64,000 bases of DNA, taken from contig JBBTWJ010000003.1 in assembly GCA_038062895.1 (NCBI GenBank), positions 114,448 through 178,447 of the forward strand, in the 5' to 3' direction. Positions 56,640 to 64,000 of this stretch are shown here, piece after piece. How positions within the stretch are numbered: position 1 is the first letter of the stretch; the number at the start of each line of letters is the position of its first letter. Under the pieces are notes generated by a model, which was not told the DNA's origin, searched no databases, and saw nothing but the letters and a program-made list of their open reading frames with translations. The position numbers and the translations under genes were made by a program. The DNA is from Patescibacteria group bacterium (lineage in GTDB: Bacteria; Patescibacteriota; Microgenomatia; UBA10105; UBA927).

Positions 56640-56659
56640 CCCCGCCAAGCGGGGTTTTT
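56640..56659 (+). terminator. intrinsic terminator after rnpB
   Basis: CCCCGC-CAA-GCGGGG-TTTTT. Confidence 0.6.
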
Positions 56660-56692
56660 AGTCTACCCATAATGATCTATTTATCAATTCCT

Positions 56693-58315
56693 ATGTTACT
56701 GGAAGCTACCAACATATCTAAAACTATCGGGCCAAAGGATCTTTTTAAGGATCTCACGTTTACGATCGATACTGGGGAAAAAATTGCCCTCATCGGGCGT
56801 AATGGGCAAGGCAAAACGACCATACTCAAAATTTTAGCGGGAGAAGATACCGATTTTGACGGGACGGTCATAACCCGAAAGAATCTCCTCGTTACACTCA
56901 CCAAACAAGAGCATATTGAAGATACCCAACAGTCCGCACTGACGTACATTCTGAAAAGTGTCCCTGATTACTATACACTCGAAAAAATACTTCATGATTT
57001 CCAGCAAGGGCTTCTCACGGATATTCATCACTACTCTGAAGCGTTGGAACGATTTACCCAAAAAGGATATTTCTATAGTAAAGACTTCATTCTTAGAACA
57101 CTTCTCGGCTTCCAAATTTCCAATGATCAAGCGCATTTTCCTCTCTCCAAGCTCTCGGGTGGAGAAAAACGGTATGTAGAGCTGACCCGACTCATGTATT
57201 CACGATCTGATCTTTTCTTAATCGACGAACCGACGAATCATATGGATTATTTGGGAAAAGAACAATTTATTTCCTGGATGCAAGAGACACGCGAAAGCAT
57301 TGTCGTGGTAACGCACGACCGGGATGTATTACGGCATGTGACAAAAATAATCGAATTAAAAGACAAAAAACTTTCTCTCTATCATGGAAACTATGATCAG
57401 TATCTTGCTCAAAACGCATCACAAACCACCAATTCCGTCAAACAGTACTCCGACCAATTAAACCGTCTGAAAGAAGCGAAAAAACGCGTAGAATGGGGTC
57501 TCCAGATGCGGGCAAAAAGCAAAGAATGGAAGACACGGTATGATCACTGGCTTCGGGACTGGGAAAAAATTAAATCGGAAACAGTGAAACCATCCTTCTG
57601 GATCGATCAGAATTCTGCCGAATTACTCGATAAAGAAGTACTAGATTCCTATCATAAGTTTAAAGAAAAAAATATTTCGATCGCGATCCACACCAATAAA
57701 GAACGGACCAGCGATCTCGTCTCGGTGAAAAACCTCACGTTAGGATATAGCGCACCCCTATTTTCACCATTAACTTTTTCGATTAAAAATAGTGACCGTG
57801 TTTTTATTAAAGGAAAAAACGGTGCCGGAAAAAGCACGCTCGTTCGAACAATCCTTTCACTCTGGAAGCAAGAGATTCCCAACGTCAAACAAATGACCGG
57901 CACCATCACACTGGGCACGAGCCTGCGTATCGGTGAATATGAACAAGAAATAAGTGAAAAATATCTTTTTATGTCCCTGGAAGAAGCAGTCCTCCTGAAC
58001 TATTCTGAATTGGGAATCCCCATGGAAGACCAGCAACTAAAACGTTTACTGGCCCAATATTTATTTGATCCAATTATCGATGGACGACAAAAAATAATCA
58101 ATCTTTCCGGCGGCCAAAAAGCCCGCTTTCAACTCATGAAGATGTTCGCCGCAAAACCAAATCTCCTTATACTCGACGAGCCGACCAATCATCTGGATTT
58201 ACCCTCGATTGAAGAACTGGAAAAGGCACTAGCCGCCTTTGGCGGAGGAATTCTGTATATCTCTCATGATACATACTTCATACAGCACTTGGGAGGAGAG
58301 ATTATAGAACTATAA
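56693..58315 (+). CDS. ABC-F family ATPase (two ABC cassettes)
   Basis: Two Walker A sites (GRNGQGKTT, GKNGAGKST) and two signatures (LSGGEKRY, LSGGQKAR); start placed at MLLEATNISK because the longer listed ORF overlaps rnpB. Confidence 0.85.
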   Translation: MLLEATNISKTIGPKDLFKDLTFTIDTGEKIALIGRNGQGKTTILKILAGEDTDFDGTVITRKNLLVTLTKQEHIEDTQQSALTYILKSVPDYYTLEKILHDFQQGLLTDIHHYSEALERFTQKGYFYSKDFILRTLLGFQISNDQAHFPLSKLSGGEKRYVELTRLMYSRSDLFLIDEPTNHMDYLGKEQFISWMQETRESIVVVTHDRDVLRHVTKIIELKDKKLSLYHGNYDQYLAQNASQTTNSVKQYSDQLNRLKEAKKRVEWGLQMRAKSKEWKTRYDHWLRDWEKIKSETVKPSFWIDQNSAELLDKEVLDSYHKFKEKNISIAIHTNKERTSDLVSVKNLTLGYSAPLFSPLTFSIKNSDRVFIKGKNGAGKSTLVRTILSLWKQEIPNVKQMTGTITLGTSLRIGEYEQEISEKYLFMSLEEAVLLNYSELGIPMEDQQLKRLLAQYLFDPIIDGRQKIINLSGGQKARFQLMKMFAAKPNLLILDEPTNHLDLPSIEELEKALAAFGGGILYISHDTYFIQHLGGEIIEL

Positions 58316-58333
58316 TCTGCGCTGGAGGAACGC

Positions 58334-59305
58334 TTACTTCTGTGTGGGGAAAAGAAATGCGCGAAGGATAGACTGAAGCACTAAAACCACCGGAACTGCC
58401 AATACCGCACCGACCACGCCTGCAAGCCTCCCCCCGACCATAAGGGCAAATATCGTCACTATAGGAGAGAGTCCCACACTTTTTTTAAGAACTAAAGGAA
58501 CAAAAATATTGTTTTCTACTTGCTGTACGATAAAATAGAGAGCCACGACGGAAAGCGCTAAGAATGGCGACACGGTCAGGGCCACCAATACCGCGGGTAC
58601 TGCAGAGATAATGGGGCCGATCATCGGCACGATTTCCAACGTTCCGGCGATAATGGCAAGCGGCAGTGCAAATTCCACATGGAGGATAGTAAGACCTATA
58701 TAGACGCAAACCCCGATAAGCGTCATGAGGAATATCTGCCCGTTTACCCAAGAACCCAAGCGTGATTCAATTTCTGCAAGTGTGCCAGTGACGCGGGCAG
58801 CCGCTTCTTCACCCATCGTTTGACCAAGCATACTTTCCAGCTTTTTGCGTTCAAGCAGGAAATAAAAGGCAAAGACTAAAACGGTGAGTGTCGTCAAAAG
58901 ATTAGAAAATATCCCGACAGTCAGCTTCACGATATTTTCACTAATGGGGGCAATCTGTTGAGACAGAGACCGCACGTCGATATTCCAGTACGGGAGTACT
59001 TTTTCTAAAAATGTCGGGAGTTCCTGGATAAATTTGGTTGATTGGATGACCAGCGTCGGCACTGCACCGGCAAACGATATCCCGAAAAATCCAAACACTA
59101 TGGCATATATAAGGAGAATCGCGAGCACCTTCGGAATCCGAGCCCACGAAAGCCAATCAACCAACGGCCGCAAAGCCGTCATGAGGATGAATGCGATAAA
59201 TACAAGAAACAGGATATCTTTAATCTGAAACAATACCCAGAGGGCAAGAAGGAAAATAACGGTAAAAATGATGGTTTTATGGGATATTTCGATTTTAGAA
59301 GTCAT
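58334..59305 (-). CDS. AI-2E-family transporter (PerM/YdiK-like)
   Basis: Eight-TM layout and the conserved C-terminal PF01594-like region. Confidence 0.8.
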   Translation of the reverse strand: MTSKIEISHKTIIFTVIFLLALWVLFQIKDILFLVFIAFILMTALRPLVDWLSWARIPKVLAILLIYAIVFGFFGISFAGAVPTLVIQSTKFIQELPTFLEKVLPYWNIDVRSLSQQIAPISENIVKLTVGIFSNLLTTLTVLVFAFYFLLERKKLESMLGQTMGEEAAARVTGTLAEIESRLGSWVNGQIFLMTLIGVCVYIGLTILHVEFALPLAIIAGTLEIVPMIGPIISAVPAVLVALTVSPFLALSVVALYFIVQQVENNIFVPLVLKKSVGLSPIVTIFALMVGGRLAGVVGAVLAVPVVLVLQSILRAFLFPTQK

Positions 59306-59366
59306 ATTTTACTTTAAATAGCAAATAGCAAACTCGCTAATACATTTTACAGTTACAAGTTATCTG

Positions 59367-60269
59367 CTAACTAGTATACCATTCCTTCACAAGCGCTTCT
59401 ACCTCACGTTGATACTGTCCGTTTGTTATGTCAAACCAATGGATAGATGTATCCTTGCGAAACCAGGTGAGTTGGCGTTTGGCATACGAGGACTCTTGAG
59501 TAGTCCATTGCTCAATCGCATCATCCTCGCGCAATTGTCCGGAAACTACTCCCCGGACAATCGTAAGACCCAAGGACGTGGCAGCAGGCAGCATGGTATC
59601 GTCAAGCGTTTTCCCAAGTAATCTCACTTCCTCCACAACACCTTGTGTAAACCTTGCTCTCACGCGCGCCTTAATATTGTCACGAAGTTTATCAAGCGAT
59701 GCGGTCAATCCGATCCATAACACGTCAAACGTGGGGGCATGATCCTGACTCTTTTGATGGCCAGTATTCCATGTGGCCACTTCTATCGCACGCACAAGCC
59801 TCCGGGGATTATTTCGGTCAGAGGTGTTCATATTCCCCCACTTCTTGGGATCAAGGGAAAGAAGGATCTTCTGAAGCTGGGAAACTGACTGTAAATAAAG
59901 TGTCGTCCGTAACGACGGGTTTTGAGGAATAGCAGCCGTATCAATAGATTTGATAACTGATCGGATATAGAGTCCCGTTCCTCCGACGAGAATCGGTAAA
60001 TTTCCTCGTATATGGATATCATCGATGATTCCCCTCGCGAATTGTTGATACTGTGAAACGCTATAATGTTCATGCGCCTCAACGAGATCAACAGCCCAAA
60101 TCTTCGTACCATCAATTGGCAAGTCTTTGCCAGTAAGAATATTTAGCCCCTTATAGACATGACGGGAGTCAGCTCCGACAAGTTCACCATTAAACTTTTT
60201 TGCCAGATCGGATGCAATCCTGGTTTTGCCCGTCGCCGTCGGACCACAAATGATGAGAAGCTTATTCAT
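59367..60269 (-). CDS. miaA: tRNA dimethylallyltransferase
   Basis: P-loop ICGPTATGKT plus ADSRHVYKGLNILT. Confidence 0.9.
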   Translation of the reverse strand: MNKLLIICGPTATGKTRIASDLAKKFNGELVGADSRHVYKGLNILTGKDLPIDGTKIWAVDLVEAHEHYSVSQYQQFARGIIDDIHIRGNLPILVGGTGLYIRSVIKSIDTAAIPQNPSLRTTLYLQSVSQLQKILLSLDPKKWGNMNTSDRNNPRRLVRAIEVATWNTGHQKSQDHAPTFDVLWIGLTASLDKLRDNIKARVRARFTQGVVEEVRLLGKTLDDTMLPAATSLGLTIVRGVVSGQLREDDAIEQWTTQESSYAKRQLTWFRKDTSIHWFDITNGQYQREVEALVKEWYTS

Positions 60270-61390
60270 TGATATGTCCCAGCACGCAGATTTGTTTTGT
60301 TTATAAGCTCTTCAAGAATCTGCCACCGGCGTTTCTTCTCTGCGTGGGGAACATCGTCGGTATAGACTTTATGGGCTGCTGTCATTGGGCGGTCGGAATA
60401 CATCGCAACGTAGGCTTTGGTAAAGCCCACAGTTTCGGCCAACGTCACTGTATTTTGAAATTGCTCATCCGTTTCCCCGGGAAATCCCACAATAATATCC
60501 GTGCTGATCGTAACATTTGAGATTTGCTTTTTGAGTTTTGAGATGAGAGCAATATATTCTTCGCGGGTATACCACCGGTTCATACGACGCAACACCTCGT
60601 TATCCCCGGATTGCACCGGCAAATGAATGTGACGGGAAATTTTTGGGTTATCGGCGATGACCTTGATGAGCGTGTCGGAAAAGTCCCAAGGATTGCTGGA
60701 GATAAAATCAATCTGCGTCAGTCCATCGATCTTACAAATTTCCTCAAGAAGGTATGGGAACAATGTGGGAATCCGAAGTCTTCCCAAATGCTTGACGTAG
60801 GTAACTTTTTGATCTTTGTCGTTTTTTAAATCTGCTCCATAGGAATTGACGTTTTGGCCGACCAGAGTGACATAGGGAATCCCGCGACTGACAATCTCCC
60901 GGCACTCACGGATGATATCGTCAAACGGACGGCTGACTTCCCTCCCTCGTGTCATCGGCACGACGCAGAAGGTGCAGAAATTATTGCACCCGTTGGTGAT
61001 GGGAACTAACGCATGATGATTATTTGTTCTGATCGGTGCGTGATCAAAACCGACTTCTTCAATGGGAAGAAATTCATCCACTGTGGGCATTTTCTTTTTG
61101 AGGGCCTCAAGCATCTTGCCGGTTTTTTCCCGGGCTGCCATACCCACCATACAACCAGTGACGACAATTTTAAGCTTCCGCCCCTTTTGCTTGGCGAGCG
61201 ACAAATTATAGACTAATCCGTAGATACGATCTTCCGCTTTTTGACGGATCATGCAGGTGTTGATCACCACGTCATCAGCAGAACGGATCGACTTGGCTTT
61301 GGTAAACCCACGCGACTCGTAGTAGCTTGCTATCCGCTCACTATCTGCCTCATTGGCAGCGCAGCCGAACGTGACAATCCAGTATTTCAT
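60266..61390 (-). CDS. miaB: MiaB/RimO-family radical-SAM methylthiotransferase (short, likely MiaB next to miaA)
   Basis: N-terminal MTTase cysteines (FGCAANEADSE, NTCMIRQKAE, TGCM) and radical-SAM CNNFCTFC; overlaps miaA by 4 bp. Confidence 0.8.
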   Translation of the reverse strand: MKYWIVTFGCAANEADSERIASYYESRGFTKAKSIRSADDVVINTCMIRQKAEDRIYGLVYNLSLAKQKGRKLKIVVTGCMVGMAAREKTGKMLEALKKKMPTVDEFLPIEEVGFDHAPIRTNNHHALVPITNGCNNFCTFCVVPMTRGREVSRPFDDIIRECREIVSRGIPYVTLVGQNVNSYGADLKNDKDQKVTYVKHLGRLRIPTLFPYLLEEICKIDGLTQIDFISSNPWDFSDTLIKVIADNPKISRHIHLPVQSGDNEVLRRMNRWYTREEYIALISKLKKQISNVTISTDIIVGFPGETDEQFQNTVTLAETVGFTKAYVAMYSDRPMTAAHKVYTDDVPHAEKKRRWQILEELINKTNLRAGTYQ

Positions 61391-61419
61391 GAGTTATATT
61401 GTATCACGAGGTGGACAAA

Positions 61420-61459
61420 CGGAAGATTAAGGGAATTTAGGGGATGTTAGAGGAATTTA
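61420..61459. repeat. purine-rich repeat patch (GGAAGATTAAGGGAATTTAGGGGATGTTAGAGGAATTTA)
   Basis: Same family as 36322-36446. Confidence 0.35.
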
Positions 61460-62206
61460 TGTAAGAATGAATTTTTCGATGACGGTTGCAACACCATCTT
61501 CATCAACAGACGGCGCGATGAAATCGGCGATGGCCTTAAGTTCCGGAACTGCATTTCCCATGGCTATCTTTAACCCGCACGCGGAAAGGAGGGGATAATC
61601 ATTGTAGCTATCACCGACGCCGATAATCTCATCCGTATGTATCTTCAACAGTTCCGCAATCCTTACCACCGCATGGAGCTTCGTTGCCAGAGCGTTCGTC
61701 ACCGATACCCAAAATAGGCCTTTTTTAAACGACGGGTTTTTATGTACCGCGATACCGGAAACTCTCGTCAAATGTTGTATAAGTTCGTCCGCGACAGACT
61801 CAGCTAAATCAGGCATTGCTAAATCGGTGAGTAATTCCGACCACGATCCCCCTGTGTACTCATGTTCTGTTTCTCCTTCACCAATAAGAACCACATTAGG
61901 TTTGAATTGCCTGATGATGCCATATGCCTGATCAGCAAGCGTACGATCCAAGGAAATCGTATCGATGATGACGGCGCGACCTGCATCATACAGCTGCGTC
62001 GAATCGTGGACGGAACACAAACTTCGAAGTCCCAATTCACTAATCACGCGCTTGGCGATAAATAGCGGTCTTCCCGTAGCGACACAGACATGTATCTTAT
62101 TTTGCGCTTTACCAATGGCCGCCAATACCCGATCGCTGGGATGAGAATCCAACCCCAATGGAATGGTGGTACCGTCCAAATCAAGAATAAGCGCTTTGTA
62201 TTTCAT
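61457..62206 (-). CDS. Cof-type HAD-IIB hydrolase
   Basis: DLDGT motif I and GDSYND motif IV. Confidence 0.8.
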   Translation of the reverse strand: MKYKALILDLDGTTIPLGLDSHPSDRVLAAIGKAQNKIHVCVATGRPLFIAKRVISELGLRSLCSVHDSTQLYDAGRAVIIDTISLDRTLADQAYGIIRQFKPNVVLIGEGETEHEYTGGSWSELLTDLAMPDLAESVADELIQHLTRVSGIAVHKNPSFKKGLFWVSVTNALATKLHAVVRIAELLKIHTDEIIGVGDSYNDYPLLSACGLKIAMGNAVPELKAIADFIAPSVDEDGVATVIEKFILT

Positions 62207-62229
62207 AACGGCATTGTATCACAGGAAAA

Positions 62230-62268
62230 AACGGGAGCGTATGGGGATATACGGGAAATTAAAGGGTA
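62230..62268. repeat. purine-rich repeat patch (AACGGGAGCGTATGGGGATATACGGGAAATTAAAGGG)
   Basis: Same family as 36322-36446. Confidence 0.35.
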
Positions 62269-62273
62269 ACAAT

Positions 62274-63158
62274 CTATTCCTTGCCAACAATCACTTGAGC
62301 GTCGTAAGAGGAATCGGAGGGTAAATCTGCCGACGAAGTGCCCAGCGTATAATTTTCGGATACATCCTTTTTCAAAAGCTCAAGATATGCTTCTTTATCC
62401 GCTTTGACGTGCACTTCTGTCTTTTTATACGTATATTCATCGGTGTTGCCCGTCGCAGACACGGTGTAGCCTTTTTCCTCTAAAAATGTCTTTGCTTTGC
62501 CGGCCGATCCGGATGTACCGCCGCCATTTAAGATTTGTAGGGTAATATCACTTCGTGCGGCTGCCGCTGGCGTAGGAATAGGCGTCGGAGATGGTGTAGG
62601 CGTTGGCGTGGGTTTGGCAAAAAACGCCGGGACTTTGGGTAGGCCACTTGCCACAACTAAAAGCGTACCTCCCGTCAAAAGGGCCACACCGATAATAATG
62701 ACTGCCCAAAGGAATACCGGAGCAGCTCCGATCCGCTTTTGCTCGGTGATATCCGGGATGACCTCGGGAGAAGGTTCTTTGGTAAAAAGCTCCGAAAGCA
62801 TTTCTTTGTCTTCTTCTTGTTTACCTGAGGAAATCGGGGTCCCCGGCACGTCTTCAACCGGGATCGTTTCTCCGTTTTCCGGTTCAGCATGAAGCGCAAC
62901 ATCGGCCTTCTCCTCGTCCTCTTTGTGTTCTTCCTGAATTTCCTCAACCACCTCCTCTATCTCTTCCGCCTTTTCTTTGATGGTTTCCAGCGCTTCCGAT
63001 GAGACATCCACTCCATCGTTGACTGGTAATTCTTCTACGACTTGCGTAACGAATTGAGGCTGGGAAGGTTTGGTGTCCACGGGTGTTTCGCCGTGCGTTT
63101 CCGTTGATATCGCCTTTTCTCTTTTTGCCGACGCTTTGCGTTTGGTAGCCATGAACAT
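62274..63158 (-). CDS. membrane protein with an acidic N-terminal region, a TPTP linker and a C-terminal LytR_C domain
   Basis: C-terminal ITLQILNGGGTSGSAGKAKTFLEEKGYTV... matches the LytR C-terminal domain; a single TM helix precedes the P/T-rich linker. Confidence 0.6.
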   Translation of the reverse strand: MFMATKRKASAKREKAISTETHGETPVDTKPSQPQFVTQVVEELPVNDGVDVSSEALETIKEKAEEIEEVVEEIQEEHKEDEEKADVALHAEPENGETIPVEDVPGTPISSGKQEEDKEMLSELFTKEPSPEVIPDITEQKRIGAAPVFLWAVIIIGVALLTGGTLLVVASGLPKVPAFFAKPTPTPTPSPTPIPTPAAAARSDITLQILNGGGTSGSAGKAKTFLEEKGYTVSATGNTDEYTYKKTEVHVKADKEAYLELLKKDVSENYTLGTSSADLPSDSSYDAQVIVGKE

Positions 63159-63199
63159 AGTATTGCAGAAATTGCCACGGGGTTCAAGCCCACGTAAAT

Positions 63200-63236
63200 C
63201 CCTTAAGGGAAATTAAGGGAGCTTAAGGGAAATTAT
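63200..63236. repeat. purine-rich repeat patch (CCTTAAGGGAAATTAAGGGAGCTTAAGGGAAATTA)
   Basis: Same family as 36322-36446. Confidence 0.4.
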
Positions 63237-63242
63237 GAGATG

Positions 63243-64000
63243 CTAACTTGAGGCGGAGGAGTATTGAAAAAGAGCGTAGTGCCATGCTTTGAGACACAAG
63301 ACAAAAAACAATAAACCGAGGGCAATAGAAAAAATCACCATCCATGGAGATAATAATCCCATGAGCGCTTTAGCCGGAAACGTCATCATGACCCCGACCG
63401 GAATGACAAACGTCATGGTCGTCCGTAGTGGTTCATGATACACATCCATGGGAATCCTTCCCATACTCACCACATCGCGAAAAATCATAATCGCATGATC
63501 TACCTCTGTGGCGAGTATGCCTAACGCCAACACGAGGATATGAAATCCTGTAGAAATGATCAATCCGTTGATAAGAAGGATAAAATAAAATACCACATTG
63601 ACCCATGAAACATCTCCCAATCTTCCTCCGGTATAGATAACGGCTGCGATATAGAGAGGAAGCATGCCTAAATCCAAAGGGTCGGCCCCACCGACGAGCA
63701 CACGGAGCAACGGGTTCATGGGTTTGATGAGGGCAAAATCAAAATCTCCGCTGACGATGAGAGACCGGAAACGATACACTTCGCGGAAAAATAGTTGGGC
63801 GATGGTATCGACAAGGGAAAAAGATAAATAGAAAAAAACCATTTGATTGACCGTATATCCGGCAAGCGTCTCGGTTCGAGAAAAAACGGTAAGGAGAAAA
63901 ATCAGAAAAAATAGAAAACGCAAAAATTTACCGACAAAAAATACACCTGCATTAAACCGGCTGACGAGCGAGATCATAAAAGAACTCACGGTCAGCATCC
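63243..64000 (-). CDS. ABC-2-type polytopic membrane permease (N-terminus may lie beyond the window end)
   Basis: Six or more TM segments in an ABC-2-like arrangement; runs to the window edge. Confidence 0.5.
   Translation of the reverse strand, partial: MLTVSSFMISLVSRFNAGVFFVGKFLRFLFFLIFLLTVFSRTETLAGYTVNQMVFFYLSFSLVDTIAQLFFREVYRFRSLIVSGDFDFALIKPMNPLLRVLVGGADPLDLGMLPLYIAAVIYTGGRLGDVSWVNVVFYFILLINGLIISTGFHILVLALGILATEVDHAIMIFRDVVSMGRIPMDVYHEPLRTTMTFVIPVGVMMTFPAKALMGLLSPWMVIFSIALGLLFFVLCLKAWHYALFQYSSASS

Overview
Dense, minus-strand-dominated bacterial window. Signals point to a small-genome, CPR/Patescibacteria-like organism: class I LysRS with the KMSSSKG motif, a bacterial AspRS lacking the GAD insertion domain, a short SufD, frequent 4-bp start/stop overlaps, weak Shine-Dalgarno sequences, and a long RNase P RNA. 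Core content: serS (partial), a histidine phosphatase, rdgB, lysK fused to a B3/4 domain, greA, tRNA-Glu, lon, korAB, and an ANL ligase fused to a GNAT-like domain. A complete suf cluster (Rrf2-sufC-sufB-sufD-Rieske-sufS-sufU-ferredoxin) carries a 405-aa LAGLIDADG intein in SufB. Also present: an LmbE-family deacetylase, an RNA methyltransferase, an MFS transporter, an L,D-transpeptidase, a DMT/EamA transporter, a PhzF-like protein and a MutY-like glycosylase. The housekeeping set continues with gltX, a NUDIX hydrolase, era, a D-Ala-D-Ala carboxypeptidase, aspS, recJ, cca, secDF, comM, an RRM protein, rnpB, an ABC-F ATPase, an AI-2E transporter, miaA-miaB, a Cof-type HAD hydrolase and a LytR_C protein. 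Accessory and unusual content: a tRNA-Glu-adjacent PIF1-like helicase plus RhuM pair; an AT-rich islet beside tRNA-Gln (unknown protein, a repeat-plus-T5orf172 nuclease-like protein, a GIY-YIG protein); a triple zinc-ribbon protein; and a Bro-N/DinD-like protein. Several short-repeat families were found. One is a set of four ~130-bp elements bounded by 20-bp inverted repeats (CCAGGTAGTRGAAAWTCGAC) whose arm abuts start codons of lon, sufS and the ferredoxin. A second is a GAAATTCG-palindrome-rich intergenic element seen in sufB-sufC and secF-secD. A third is strand-biased purine-rich patches. A fourth is 7- or 8-nt units repeated four times inside conserved genes (sufC, gltX twice, recJ, the ANL ligase). 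No CRISPR array, rRNA or integrase was seen.
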